Below, piece by piece: positions 1 through 11,070 of a stretch of 64,000 bases of DNA. Every line of letters begins with the position of its first letter. Position 1 is the stretch's first letter. Both the position numbers and the translations under genes were made by a program. The notes beneath the pieces are model-generated. The model saw nothing but the letters and a program-made list of their open reading frames with translations, made no database searches and was not told the DNA's origin. Origin of the DNA: an uncultured Bacteroidales bacterium (GTDB lineage: Bacteria; Bacteroidota; Bacteroidia; Bacteroidales; Paludibacteraceae); the NCBI GenBank assembly GCA_902784425.1, contig CACZUS010000009.1:4494-68493 (forward strand), in the 5' to 3' direction.

Positions 1-3000
1 ATTAGCAGTAGGAGTCAACTTCAACGTGAATGGGTCATTCACATCGAAGTGAAGAGAATCTCCTGATGTAACCTTATTACAGATTTGATCATCAGCTACA
101 ACATATATTTGGAATGAATTACCCGGAGTGAACAAGTCTGGATAATTTTTCTTTGACAAAGTAATTTTAGAATCTTCAGGACCGCCATTTTTCAACACTT
201 GTTCATTACCCAAAGAATCGACAACATACCAAGTATATGTTTTGATGTATTGGCGAGAAGTTTCTGGCAAGACTAACGTAGAGACAACTGCGCTATCCGT
301 AGAACAGATTCTATCCTTAGCGCTCTTCACCGAGACTGCATAATTAATAGCAATGTTAGAGGTGAACTCATGTTCTACATCCTTACAAATGCCATCAGAA
401 GTAACAAGTTTGAAGAGACCCGTCATACTCTGTTGAACAGGGTATGCATAAGACAAACCTGTTGAGTTTGGCAAGTCATTTCCATTTAATGTCCACTTAT
501 AAGAAGTGATATGGTTAACTGCTTTAGCAGAATCTATTGTAGCAATGATATTGAATAGGTTGTTAGACTCCGTCAAACAAGAATCTGGTTCGTTGAATTT
601 CCAATCATAACCATTATACTTAACGGTTGCCGTATTAGACTCGTTATCACTCTTACAAGTTGAGTCGTAAACAGAAACTTTATAAGTAGCCGTATTACCG
701 GCTGTGAAGATAGAAGGATATGTCTTGTCATCAATTGTAACAGAGAATGAGTCTTTCAAATTATTCACATCCTGCAATTTAAGACCATTCATGTACAACT
801 GAAGTTTGTTAATATTGTACAATGCAGTTGGAGGTGTAATCGTGATTTTGATATCATGAGAATTTTCATCCAACAAACAAAGCGTATTAACAGACTCAAT
901 CATAAGGGTGAAACCGCCCTCGCGAATTTCAACATCAATCTTTGATTCAGCAGGATCATGGGTAACAGTCTCACAAACATCCGTTGTTGTAGCTACGACA
1001 GATGCGAACAATTGTTTAGCCTTAATCTCATTCAACTCTGAGTTCAACAAATCACGGTTTGTAAAGGACAAATCCTTGGTTGTCGTGATAGTATCCAAAG
1101 TAGTATTATCAGAGAATTCGATGTGCCACTTGTATGACGTGATTTTCTCATCAATTTTAGCAGCCTCAGCAGCGCTCATTTTCTTCGTATCTACTTTAGC
1201 TGTGAGTGTCAATATTGAAGTACTGTAACTTCTCTCATTTGTAGAGACACAGACAGGGTCCTTACTTGATGAGATAGTCATTGTATAATGTCCATTATGA
1301 ATTGTGTAAGGGACTTGAATTTCATCCTGCAAGAAACAATATTTGTCATCCACATTTACAGGAGTGACTTTCACTTTTCCTTCGATTGTTGAATAAGCCT
1401 CCAAATTATCTGGTGTGAATGTTTGAGTTGAATCGTCAACAACAACAGCCGAGCCAGGAACAGAAGACCAATCGAACACCAAAGAAGGTTCACTATAATT
1501 ACGGATGATTTTCACAGTAACCGAATTGCAATCAACAAATGATTCTACTGCAGACTTGATATCCAAGTTCATTTTAGCATGAGTCTTTATTGTTTGATAG
1601 AAGAGACATCCACCCTCATCTTCTGCTCTGAAAAGGAGAGAATCGAACTGAGCAAATGTAAACGTACCTAAATCAGTACCATCAGATGCCTTAGCAGAGA
1701 ATGTTTCTCCATCAAGGACAGTCAATGTCAAGGAATCTTTAGAGACTCCTTTTACATCTTTTGTATAGATGACTGTACTATCAGCTGTCAACCACGACAT
1801 TGTCCATTCATGATCAGGAACCGTAAGAATACGTTCTCCTGGAATGGTAACGATAGTACCAGGAATATTACAGAAGGAAACAGAATCTTTCGGAGCCATT
1901 TCACCACCATACGTATTACGAATAGAAACCGTAGTAGAAGCTTGGTGGTAAGTAAATTCGCATTCAGAGATATCGCCCCAATTTTCATCAGCCACTTTAC
2001 GGATGACACTTGCATCATCGGAAATGATTACACGATAACGAAGTGTGCCCCAGAAATCAGCCTCCTTGGTAGAAACCTGAGCCGTATCAGCCTTCATCAA
2101 ATCAGGATTGTTAACATAATCCATCAAATCCGTCCAAACAGTGTCACCACCAACCGCCTTTTGATATTGGAATATATACAAAGGATTTTCCAAGTATGTA
2201 CTGGTTTGGAAAGCATGCAATGTTACGATTTCACCACCACAAGAGACTGCTTCTCTTCCCAAAGTATCACCATTTAAAGTAGCCAACATATCAGCCTTAG
2301 GGATACATACGGAGAAGGTGATATCATCCAACAACATATCATTTCCATCGCCTGGTTCACCATTGTTATAAATAACGACCCAAACATCGTTAACCTTTTC
2401 ACTTAACTGAATGAACTCATCCAAGCGTTTCCAATCCTCTCCTGCTCTTACGTCGCCAGAAGAGAGACTTGCCAACACGTTTGGATTATTTGATGAAGGC
2501 AATGTTCTTGCATCATCATCAAATTCCTTCAACAAACAAATTGTCAAGTTAACAGGATTTTTAGATGTAGAATTTGCATCCACATGTGTAGCATTACGAA
2601 CGCTCATGCCGAAGTTGAAACGATCGGCAGGGCAAGCCAAAGATGCCTTCTGTGCATAAATAGCAGCTTTTGACACATTAGTCTGTCCTGCATTTACGAA
2701 CAACATAGCACCATTTTTACCACCTGTATAATCGGAACAAGTAATGAAGTCTTGATTATCTCTATTGTGTCCGCAAGAATCTGGAGACATAACAATTGCG
2801 TAGTAACCATCTTGCAAACGAAGAGAAGCGTCTGTCACCCAAGAATCTGACTCATATTGAGAAAGCATTGGGTTTTCAGTCATGTAGAGGTGACCATTTG
2901 TACCAACAAATTGGTTAGCGCCACCCACATTAGTAAATGTTGTTGCAGGAACCACATATCCAAACGGATCTGGTGCAACATAACTTCTTACAGAGAAATT

Positions 3001-4620
3001 GTTAGTAGAAGAAAGATCAACTGACATAGAAGCATTACCTGCTCTTGCAGTAAAGTAGCCAGAAGACTCATCATAATCACCAGAAGTATAAGTACTATTG
3101 CCTACTCTCACACTTGTCTTGTGATTTACTTTCACTTCCTTAGAGAATATTTCACCACCTGAGTAATAAGCATCATCAGCCAAGAAGAAACCAAATGTTT
3201 CATAGAACAAAGTCTTTGTTTCCAATCCATCGCAATAAGATTGATTTTCGCAATCTGGTTTTGGATAGAAGATTCCTTGAGAAAGGCCATTGTAATCAAC
3301 CTTAAAATACATATCCATGGTGACGTTAACAGGCATTCTGTATGAACTTGTACCCAATGGGAACCAATTGATACTATCCACAGAAGCCGACCACTCGAAG
3401 ACATCGTTATTGATATCATCCAACATAGCCGTACCCACAGCCATCAACACGTTCGTGTCTTGCAAGCAACTACCCACAGGGAATTTTGAAGCGATGAAGA
3501 AGGTACATTCATGTGCATCTACATCCACATCACCTACGTAATATCCATCCACATAGAGAGTATAGGTCGTTGGTTCAGTTGGAGCCACCTTAACAGAAGG
3601 AGTTGTTGTCTCTTGAACAACTGTATTACCCACCTTCCATGTATATAGTTTTCCATCTGTATAGTTCGTTGATAATTCATCCGTACCGCCAATACAAGCA
3701 TAACCATGTTTAGCCGTTACGGTAAAGCCACATTCTGCCATTGATTTCACTTTGACAGAAACCGTTCCGATTTTTAAGCCATCTGCATAAGCAGAGAACA
3801 TATAATTACCAGATTCTTTCGGATATATTGTAGCCGTTGGAGTAGAAGTTGAAGGATAAGAATTACCTTTATCATCTTTCCACTCATATAATGTACCACT
3901 TGTATAAGTCGTTGACATTGTCAGACCAGCACCCAAACAAACAGATTGATCAGAGACTGTCACCAAGAAACCGCAATTTTCCAATGTAGGATAAACGGTT
4001 AATCTACTTTGAGAGGAAGAACCTCCTGAAGTAATCTTAGCCACAACTCGAACAGGTGTTGTTCCCTCCATTGTATATGTTATGCTAGATTTATTAGCCT
4101 GATCTGTCATCCAATCAATATCTCCGGTATTTGTTTCAATACCCCATTCTATTTTATCTGAAGATGTCACCCCTATCAACTGAAGATTCACGTCTGTACC
4201 ATAACATACGTTCTCTGGAATTGCAACAATCGAACCTTCACATCCACCATCCGTCACATAAATGGTTTGGTCAAAAGAGTCATATCTCATACAAAATTTA
4301 CCTGTTTCTGAATCTGTTGTTTGGATTTTCATCTGCTCAGGCTTCGACTCATTGACATAAAATTGGTTAAAATGTCGAGTTGCAGAAACGTCAACATTTT
4401 TTACCGTTACACCATCAAAAGCGATGGTTCCATTAAATCCTTGTGCATCTACAATCGCATAATTTCCAACCACTTCTACCGTAGCAGAACCATTCCATCT
4501 ATCTCCAATAGAGCATGTCATCTCTGCATAAGCGGATACGAAATTAATGAGACAGAAAAGCATCGGGAATAAAAATCTTCTCGTCAAATTAACTTTTGGT
4601 TTCACAACTGTGTCTTTCAT
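1..4620 (-). CDS. Large secreted cell-surface/adhesin-like protein, N-terminal ~1540 aa only (C-terminus lies beyond the window start). Paralog of the 2030-aa T9SS type-B protein at 40563..46655.
   Basis: Minus-strand ATG at 4620..4618 gives MKDTVVKPKVNLTRRFLFPMLFCLINFVSAYA, which looks like a signal peptide. My hand translation of this frame stays open to base 1 (ends ...KLTPTAN). The ORF therefore runs off the edge, which explains its absence from the ORF track; only short out-of-frame ORFs are listed across 1..4620. The module ETFGFF...DGYYAIV...GAMLFVNAG...GNDMLLDDITF parallels NEDFGVV...GGMLVVNVD...GNDFALDDISL of the 2030-aa protein. Confidence 0.75.
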   Translation of the reverse strand, partial: MKDTVVKPKVNLTRRFLFPMLFCLINFVSAYAEMTCSIGDRWNGSATVEVVGNYAIVDAQGFNGTIAFDGVTVKNVDVSATRHFNQFYVNESKPEQMKIQTTDSETGKFCMRYDSFDQTIYVTDGGCEGSIVAIPENVCYGTDVNLQLIGVTSSDKIEWGIETNTGDIDWMTDQANKSSITYTMEGTTPVRVVAKITSGGSSSQSRLTVYPTLENCGFLVTVSDQSVCLGAGLTMSTTYTSGTLYEWKDDKGNSYPSTSTPTATIYPKESGNYMFSAYADGLKIGTVSVKVKSMAECGFTVTAKHGYACIGGTDELSTNYTDGKLYTWKVGNTVVQETTTPSVKVAPTEPTTYTLYVDGYYVGDVDVDAHECTFFIASKFPVGSCLQDTNVLMAVGTAMLDDINNDVFEWSASVDSINWFPLGTSSYRMPVNVTMDMYFKVDYNGLSQGIFYPKPDCENQSYCDGLETKTLFYETFGFFLADDAYYSGGEIFSKEVKVNHKTSVRVGNSTYTSGDYDESSGYFTARAGNASMSVDLSSTNNFSVRSYVAPDPFGYVVPATTFTNVGGANQFVGTNGHLYMTENPMLSQYESDSWVTDASLRLQDGYYAIVMSPDSCGHNRDNQDFITCSDYTGGKNGAMLFVNAGQTNVSKAAIYAQKASLACPADRFNFGMSVRNATHVDANSTSKNPVNLTICLLKEFDDDARTLPSSNNPNVLASLSSGDVRAGEDWKRLDEFIQLSEKVNDVWVVIYNNGEPGDGNDMLLDDITFSVCIPKADMLATLNGDTLGREAVSCGGEIVTLHAFQTSTYLENPLYIFQYQKAVGGDTVWTDLMDYVNNPDLMKADTAQVSTKEADFWGTLRYRVIISDDASVIRKVADENWGDISECEFTYHQASTTVSIRNTYGGEMAPKDSVSFCNIPGTIVTIPGERILTVPDHEWTMSWLTADSTVIYTKDVKGVSKDSLTLTVLDGETFSAKASDGTDLGTFTFAQFDSLLFRAEDEGGCLFYQTIKTHAKMNLDIKSAVESFVDCNSVTVKIIRNYSEPSLVFDWSSVPGSAVVVDDSTQTFTPDNLEAYSTIEGKVKVTPVNVDDKYCFLQDEIQVPYTIHNGHYTMTISSSKDPVCVSTNERSYSTSILTLTAKVDTKKMSAAEAAKIDEKITSYKWHIEFSDNTTLDTITTTKDLSFTNRDLLNSELNEIKAKQLFASVVATTTDVCETVTHDPAESKIDVEIREGGFTLMIESVNTLCLLDENSHDIKITITPPTALYNINKLQLYMNGLKLQDVNNLKDSFSVTIDDKTYPSIFTAGNTATYKVSVYDSTCKSDNESNTATVKYNGYDWKFNEPDSCLTESNNLFNIIATIDSAKAVNHITSYKWTLNGNDLPNSTGLSYAYPVQQSMTGLFKLVTSDGICKDVEHEFTSNIAINYAVSVKSAKDRICSTDSAVVSTLVLPETSRQYIKTYTWYVVDSLGNEQVLKNGGPEDSKITLSKKNYPDLFTPGNSFQIYVVADDQICNKVTSGDSLHFDVNDPFTLKLTPTAN

Positions 4621-4940
4621 AACAAAATTATACTTCAACTCTTTTTGGGTTTAAAGTTGTATTACTCATGAACCTCTTTGTTAGATAGTTCACACAAAAA
4701 AGCAAGCAAATATAAGAAAACAAAACAAGAAACAAAAAAATATATTAAAAAATCTAAAAACAAAATGTTTATTTATGGTGAGTTTTAACATTTCATCACA
4801 TAAAAAATAGTTATTTTTTTTCGGAAAATTTCATTTTGAGTGAGTTCTATAAATTTTTCTCGCATGCTCTTTAATTCATGTAGGAGCATGGCGTACCACG
4901 TCCCTAACAACAAAGCAGCAAGACATTCCTATAATCTTTC

Positions 4941-6776
4941 CTAAAGGGATTGCATTGAGTATAGTTTTTTATAAAATCCATCCATTCTTAACAAATCATC
5001 GTGAGAACCTCGTTCCACAATACGACCTTCATGCATAACACAAATTTCGTCCGCATTCTTAATAGTAGAGAGTCGATGTGCAATCACTATGGTTGTACGG
5101 GTCTTCATCAAATTTTCCAACGCTTCTTGCACCAATTTCTCTGATTCTGTATCCAATGCCGAAGTAGCTTCATCTAATATTAGAATTGGTGGATTTTTCA
5201 AAATTGCACGTGCGATACTCAATCGTTGTCGTTGTCCTCCTGACAAACGGCCTCCACGATCTCCGATATTGGTCTGATAACCTTGTTCCATTGCCATGAT
5301 AAACTCATGTGCATTGGCTATCTTAGCAGCCTCCATCACCTGTTCTTCCGTCGCATTTTCAACACCAAAGGTAATGTTATTGAATACCGTGTCATTAAAC
5401 AAAATAGCCTCCTGATTTACATTACCCATATAGGAACGCAAATCATACAAGGTCATCGTTTTCACATTGACACCATCTATGGTAATCTCTCCTTCATTTA
5501 CATCATAAAAACGTGGCAGAAGATCAACCATCGTGGATTTTCCAGAGCCTGAGGCACCCACCAATGCCACCATTTTTCCTTTCGGAATGGTAAGATTTAT
5601 ATCTTTCAAAATCCACTCATCTTCATATTTGAAGGAGACATTCTTATATTCAATCTTGTCTGTAAAAGGTTTGGCTGGAACAGGATTTTTCACCTCTTTC
5701 AATGGATTAACTGCATGTAGAACCATATCGATACGTTCCAATGAAGCCTTACCCTTCTGTATGTTATACATGGCTTTCGACAATTCCTTAGCTGGATTGA
5801 TGATGTTATAGAACATAATCAAATAGTAAATGAACGAGGAAGCAGACATCGAGCTATCTTCACTAAGAATCAACATTCCACCGAAGAACAAAACGATGGC
5901 AATCGTGACCGTACCGAGGAACTCACTCAACGGATGTGCCAACATATAACGACGATTCACCTTGGTGACCGTATTTCTCAAACGTTCATTGAAATTAGAG
6001 AATTGGCGTATAACTGATTTTTCAGCATTAAAAGCCTTTATCACTCTTAATCCACCGAGAGTCTCCTCAATCTGAGAAAGAAGTTGTCCCGATTGTTCTT
6101 GTGCCTCCTTCGATTTTTGCTTCAATGATTTACCGACCCGTCCCATAATGAATCCCGACAAAGGCAACACAATAAGGACAAAAATCGTCAACCTCCAACT
6201 AATATAAAAGAGAGTGCCGATATAGATCAGAATCATGATCGGATTTTTAGAGAGCATTTCGATGGAACTCATGATTGAGGTCTCCACCTCACCTACATCC
6301 CCCAACATACGAGTCATGATATCTCCTTTTTTCTGTTTGCTGAAAAAAGCGAGGTTCAGGTCCACCACCTTTTGGTACAATTGGTTACGCATATCACGCA
6401 CCAAACCCGTACGCAAAGGGATGATGAAATAACTGGCCAAATAAGAAAAACCAGTTCGGAAAAAAGTAGCCACCACTAAGAACACACCCAACAGGAGTAA
6501 TGTCAATAGTGGACCATGATTGTCAATGAAGGTAGTAATAAAATAATAGGCATTATTTTTCAAGGTATCCATGTTCCATTTAAAAGGCATGTATGTATAA
6601 GTAACTTGTTTTGCCTTGAAAAGGATTTCCAAAATAGGAATGATCAAAGCAAAAGAGAAGATACTGAAAAAAGCAGAGAGAATATTGCAAACGATATTCA
6701 ATACTACATTTTTCTTATACGGGCCAACAAATCGTTTTATGAGTTTAACGAATTGTAACTCAGATACCTTTAGCAT
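4941..6776 (-). CDS. ABC transporter, fused permease/ATP-binding protein (MsbA-like lipid/multidrug exporter)
   Basis: 611-aa ORF with an N-terminal 6-TM-like region. Walker A GASGSGKST, signature LSGGQRQR, Walker B ILILDEATSALD. Confidence 0.9.
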   Translation of the reverse strand: MLKVSELQFVKLIKRFVGPYKKNVVLNIVCNILSAFFSIFSFALIIPILEILFKAKQVTYTYMPFKWNMDTLKNNAYYFITTFIDNHGPLLTLLLLGVFLVVATFFRTGFSYLASYFIIPLRTGLVRDMRNQLYQKVVDLNLAFFSKQKKGDIMTRMLGDVGEVETSIMSSIEMLSKNPIMILIYIGTLFYISWRLTIFVLIVLPLSGFIMGRVGKSLKQKSKEAQEQSGQLLSQIEETLGGLRVIKAFNAEKSVIRQFSNFNERLRNTVTKVNRRYMLAHPLSEFLGTVTIAIVLFFGGMLILSEDSSMSASSFIYYLIMFYNIINPAKELSKAMYNIQKGKASLERIDMVLHAVNPLKEVKNPVPAKPFTDKIEYKNVSFKYEDEWILKDINLTIPKGKMVALVGASGSGKSTMVDLLPRFYDVNEGEITIDGVNVKTMTLYDLRSYMGNVNQEAILFNDTVFNNITFGVENATEEQVMEAAKIANAHEFIMAMEQGYQTNIGDRGGRLSGGQRQRLSIARAILKNPPILILDEATSALDTESEKLVQEALENLMKTRTTIVIAHRLSTIKNADEICVMHEGRIVERGSHDDLLRMDGFYKKLYSMQSL

Positions 6777-6787
6777 ATTTTATGGGG

Positions 6788-8131
6788 TTACATACCTGTA
6801 TAATTGTGAGGTGTGATAGCTCTCAATTCATTTTTCACAGACTCACTTACATTCAATGTCTCAATAAAATCTTTGATTGACTTCTCAGTTATTCCCTCGT
6901 TGGTACGGGTCAAAGCCTTCAATGTCTCATAAGGATTTGGATAACCCTCACGACGAAGGATTGTTTGAATACCCTCTGCAACGACAGCCCAACATTTATC
7001 GAGATCAGCATAAAGTGCCTTTTCATTCAACAACAACTTACCGATACCCTTCAATGAACTTTGAATAGCGATAATCGTATGAGCGAAAGGAACACCCACA
7101 TTTCTGAGCACGGTGGAATCTGTCAAATCTCTTTGCAAGCGAGAGATTGGCAATTTGGTTGACAAATGTTGAAGTATTGCATTTGCCACGCCGAGATTAC
7201 CTTCTGCGTTTTCGAAATCGATAGGGTTCACCTTATGTGGCATAGCGGAAGAACCCACCTCACCAGCTTTAATTTTCTGTTTGAAATATTCCATTGAGAT
7301 GTATTGCCAGAAATCGCGGTTCATATCAATCATTATGGTATTGATGCGTTTCAAGCAATCAAAGATGGCACCGAGGTTGTCATAATTGGATATTTGTGTG
7401 GTCCATTGCTCACGTTGCAAGCCCAAAACATCATTCACGAAATGGTTACCAAATGCTTTCCAATCGATGGATGGATAAGCCACATGATGCGCATTAAAGT
7501 TACCCGTTGCGCCACCAAATTTCGCAGGGATAGGCAACTGTTTCAACTGATCCAATTGCACTTGCAAACGGCTAACGAACACCATGATTTCCTTACCCAA
7601 ACGAGTTGGAGAGGCTGGTTGTCCGTGAGTCTTTGCCAACATAGCGATATCTTTCCACTCTGTTGCACGAACAGAAAGTTCGCTGATCAATTGCTCCAAA
7701 TTAGGAACATACACCTCCTTAATTGCCTCCTTAACGGAATAAGGGATAGAGGTGTTGTTAATATCTTGAGAGGTCAATCCAAAGTGGATGAACTCCTTAA
7801 ATTCTTGTAGATTCAATGCATCGAAATGCTCCTTTAAGAAGTACTCTACAGCCTTCACATCATGATTTGTCACCTTCTCAATATCTTTGATTCTCTGAGC
7901 GTCAGCAATTGAGAAATTCTTATAGATGGCTCTCAGTTCTGCAAATTTTGATGAATCAAAGTTTTTTAGATTAGGAAGAGGCAATTCACATAACGCGATA
8001 AAATACTCTACTTCAACAAGCACTCTATAACGGATAAGTGCAAACTCTGAAAAGTATTCAGAAAGAGCCTCTGACTTATTTCTGTATCTTCCATCCACTG
8101 GAGAGATGGCTGTCAATGCATTCAATTCCAT
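6788..8131 (-). CDS. purB: Adenylosuccinate lyase
   Basis: 447-aa ORF. N-terminus LTAISPVDGRYRNK, fumarate-lyase signature GSSAMPHKVNPIDFEN, typical PurB length. Confidence 0.95.
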   Translation of the reverse strand: MELNALTAISPVDGRYRNKSEALSEYFSEFALIRYRVLVEVEYFIALCELPLPNLKNFDSSKFAELRAIYKNFSIADAQRIKDIEKVTNHDVKAVEYFLKEHFDALNLQEFKEFIHFGLTSQDINNTSIPYSVKEAIKEVYVPNLEQLISELSVRATEWKDIAMLAKTHGQPASPTRLGKEIMVFVSRLQVQLDQLKQLPIPAKFGGATGNFNAHHVAYPSIDWKAFGNHFVNDVLGLQREQWTTQISNYDNLGAIFDCLKRINTIMIDMNRDFWQYISMEYFKQKIKAGEVGSSAMPHKVNPIDFENAEGNLGVANAILQHLSTKLPISRLQRDLTDSTVLRNVGVPFAHTIIAIQSSLKGIGKLLLNEKALYADLDKCWAVVAEGIQTILRREGYPNPYETLKALTRTNEGITEKSIKDFIETLNVSESVKNELRAITPHNYTGM

Positions 8132-8153
8132 ATTAAAAAAATTTAATGAGTTG

Positions 8154-8161
8154 CAAAGGTA
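8154..8161 (-). promoter_or_regulatory. Bacteroidota -7 promoter box (TAnnTTTG) for purB
   Basis: Plus strand caaaggta is TACCTTTG on the minus strand, 23 nt upstream of the purB ATG. Confidence 0.4.
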
Positions 8162-8251
8162 GCAAATAATTATGAATTATTTAGCTTTTGTGTCTGATAA
8201 TATCACAAGCTTCACTTCTCGTAAGAAAATCAGAATCTACTAAACAAACGT

Positions 8252-11062
8252 TTATTTGCCTGCGACAACAGATGGTGCATTACCTGTTGTACAACCACAT
8301 TTTTCTTCTTCTATGTCAGTCTCAGTAAACTTAACACCCATGATAGGACCGAACATAATAAGTTGAGCGATATCAGCTTCATTCTTCCACATATAATTGA
8401 TATTATTATCTCCTTTCTTTTTGAGGGAAGAACTTCTAAAGTCGACCTTCCAACATTTGAAAAGTGGCTCCTTGCCGATTCCTCCGCGCACCAATATGGT
8501 CGCATCAGATGTATTATCCTTGTTTCTGTGTATTATGGCCTGCGCATCATCATGAAGATAAATAGAGGTGATTCTTTGTTCGTCATCCATATACGTTGTT
8601 TTGTCTTTTAATCCTTTGTTTTTCAACAAATTCTCGATATCCTTCGTTGACTCTTTTGGAACTGTCAGTGTCATGAATTCCGTAGAATTAGAGCTACCGA
8701 CAAGAACATTAGCAGACTTTGAGCAAGGGTAATTTTTATAGATTTCGACGTCACGTATGTTTTTATTTTTTATTGCTGCACTACCATATAAATAGATTTC
8801 ATCGTCAACCTCACTATCAACATACAACTCACAGTCTGTCTTGAATGTGAAAAGACTATCCTTATCAACACGCGCATCAGTTCCCTTGCTTTTCGCCACA
8901 TTCATCATATCAGTAAGCAAATAGACACAAAGTGTATGTTTTGGCCCAGATATTGAATATTCATTATAGTTGTTTTCCAATATCAGCATTCCGTCGTAGT
9001 CTGGACTTTTATACCAAACTTGATACTTTCGGGTTCCAGAGCCTTTACTTTGGAACATCTCCGTGAATTTATCCTTCTTTGTATTGAACTTTACTGTTTT
9101 GTCTCCAACAATTGCATAGATGCAATCAGGATCTGGTTTTTCACCTAAACAGACTTCCATTCTATCCAAATACAGATTTGAATCTATTTTATCTATTTTT
9201 TTTGTAAATCTCTTTCCACAACAGTCTATCTTGACCTTCGCCTTTGATCCTTTTACGCTAATAGGAAGGTCGATGTTAAAGTATCCGTTTTTTGTATTTT
9301 GAGAGAATGTCATCTTGTTTTTACCCTTTCCTACTTCAATGGTTACTTTTGCTTTAGAAGGTCCACAAGTATTGACAACGAAACCACTTATATCAAATCC
9401 ATTCGGAATATAGATAGAAGGCATCCAAATCATCCTATATTGGGATATTTTTTTTGATACTTTATTGGATTCCACACCACACCCATCCTCTGCTTTAACA
9501 TAAGCATAAATTTCTTGCACATCGGGAGAAATACCAAATGCATACCATCCTTTTGATGACACCTTATATTCTTTTTGATCGATGACAACAGTAATTGTGA
9601 CAGGTTTTTTCAACCGTTTATAATCAGAAAAACAAACACTTCCATACACACCTATAGGTCTATCCATCACAAAATCATAACTTGCATCAGGATCTATCAC
9701 CCAAGAGTTTATGAAATCATATTTTTCATATTCTTTTTGGTTTAATACTGTTTTTTCGCTAACCTTCAATGAGAATGGATTTGGGGCATTACAATACATA
9801 AAGTATTCTCCTTTTCGATTAGTACATGCAGTAAACTTATCGGCACATATTTCAACGCCACAAATTGGTTGACCACCTTTATCCAACACTTTACCATGAG
9901 CGCAAGGCATATTAGGGAGGACAATATCCTGTGTATAAACTGATTGAGCCTCTAATCCATCAATATTAAAGAAAGGACAATTGGAGTAACCAGCATAGTC
10001 TTCAGACTTTACTGTCACAAAAAAAGGTGTGTTTCGTGGCACAAAGGCTCTATAATAGCCCTCGCTGTCAGAATAAGCAGAGGTCTGGGAGATTGTCACC
10101 AATATATTAGGCAATGGTTTACCATCCTTATTTGTCACACGTCCCACAATCGTTGCGCGTAGCTCCGGCCAATCAAGATTATACCAAGAAAAATGTTTAA
10201 CATTTCCTGTATAAGTATCGCCGTTCTTTGTGGCCATACCCTCTTCAACCCATGTTCCTTTCTCCTCGTCAAAATACCACAATGGTATTTTTTCATATTT
10301 TTGTTCCTCTTTGAATCCATCTGGAACTGGAAAAGTCAAGGTACTTTCTGCGCCCTTCTTTAGTTGAAGTTTTTGACCGACAGAATCCTTTAAAGTAACC
10401 TCAACCATACCGTATGACAAGAGAATGACATCCTTTCCTTCGGACGTAACGCCACTCATATTTCCTCCTGGCATCTCTTTAACGAAAGTTTCGGAATTGG
10501 GATTCAAGTAGTATACACTAGCAAACACAGAACCATTGAATTCTTTCTCATCCTTTTCATAAACCAACGAGTTGGCAGGAAGAACGACCTGCATATTGCC
10601 AACTTTTATTGTTGCACCTTCATTATTATCAAAACGAGCAACCTCTGTCACCCCTTCCCTACTATCTTGTGGCATCAAGATGGCGTCGACACGGGCTTCT
10701 CCATCAACAATATCGGCTGTACGAACCACAGAAAAATATTCCTGGTTTTCAAACTTCACAATGCTTCTGCCATTCACGACACGACACTGCTCAAATGAAT
10801 ATGACCCACTTCCACTTGTAAAGGTGGTATCCTGACCCGTTGTGACCAATACATTTTCCAATGCATTTCCGTCAACGTCTCTAACACAACCATAAACATG
10901 AGTGCTAGAGAGTGAGTCCACATAGACATAGTCTTCACAATTTTTCAAATTGTTATCTGAACTATTACAACCACCCATCATCAACAAGGATGTCGCGATT
11001 GTCAACCATATCAAACCTTTCATCTTTGCCATAATATTCTTTTTTTTGTTGTTATCTACCAT
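8252..11062 (-). CDS. Large lipoprotein with carboxypeptidase-regulatory-like beta-sandwich repeats (hypothetical)
   Basis: 936-aa ORF. MKGLIWLTIATSLLMMGGC is a lipoprotein-type signal with Cys. It has several G.V.D..G.PL..V..T motifs. The start may be 11032 or 11023 rather than 11062. It lies 8 nt downstream of the preceding gene. Confidence 0.7.
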   Translation of the reverse strand: MVDNNKKKNIMAKMKGLIWLTIATSLLMMGGCNSSDNNLKNCEDYVYVDSLSSTHVYGCVRDVDGNALENVLVTTGQDTTFTSGSGSYSFEQCRVVNGRSIVKFENQEYFSVVRTADIVDGEARVDAILMPQDSREGVTEVARFDNNEGATIKVGNMQVVLPANSLVYEKDEKEFNGSVFASVYYLNPNSETFVKEMPGGNMSGVTSEGKDVILLSYGMVEVTLKDSVGQKLQLKKGAESTLTFPVPDGFKEEQKYEKIPLWYFDEEKGTWVEEGMATKNGDTYTGNVKHFSWYNLDWPELRATIVGRVTNKDGKPLPNILVTISQTSAYSDSEGYYRAFVPRNTPFFVTVKSEDYAGYSNCPFFNIDGLEAQSVYTQDIVLPNMPCAHGKVLDKGGQPICGVEICADKFTACTNRKGEYFMYCNAPNPFSLKVSEKTVLNQKEYEKYDFINSWVIDPDASYDFVMDRPIGVYGSVCFSDYKRLKKPVTITVVIDQKEYKVSSKGWYAFGISPDVQEIYAYVKAEDGCGVESNKVSKKISQYRMIWMPSIYIPNGFDISGFVVNTCGPSKAKVTIEVGKGKNKMTFSQNTKNGYFNIDLPISVKGSKAKVKIDCCGKRFTKKIDKIDSNLYLDRMEVCLGEKPDPDCIYAIVGDKTVKFNTKKDKFTEMFQSKGSGTRKYQVWYKSPDYDGMLILENNYNEYSISGPKHTLCVYLLTDMMNVAKSKGTDARVDKDSLFTFKTDCELYVDSEVDDEIYLYGSAAIKNKNIRDVEIYKNYPCSKSANVLVGSSNSTEFMTLTVPKESTKDIENLLKNKGLKDKTTYMDDEQRITSIYLHDDAQAIIHRNKDNTSDATILVRGGIGKEPLFKCWKVDFRSSSLKKKGDNNINYMWKNEADIAQLIMFGPIMGVKFTETDIEEEKCGCTTGNAPSVVAGK

Positions 11063-11070
11063 TAATTCAA

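Noticed and set aside
908-4572. Plus-strand and out-of-frame ORFs of 60-155 aa listed in the track across 1..4620 (e.g. 908..1228, 1810..2277, 2411..2659, 4321..4572)
   Set aside because: They lie antisense to, or out of frame with, a continuous ~1540-codon minus-strand ORF that has a signal peptide and homology to the 2030-aa protein. Their peptides are low-complexity with no motifs.
4863-4890. Hairpin catgctc...gagcatg downstream of the msbA-like gene, considered as a terminator or an invertible-promoter boundary
   Set aside because: The stem is only 7 bp with no flanking T-run on either strand. There is no matching inverted repeat on the other side of the 320-bp spacer.
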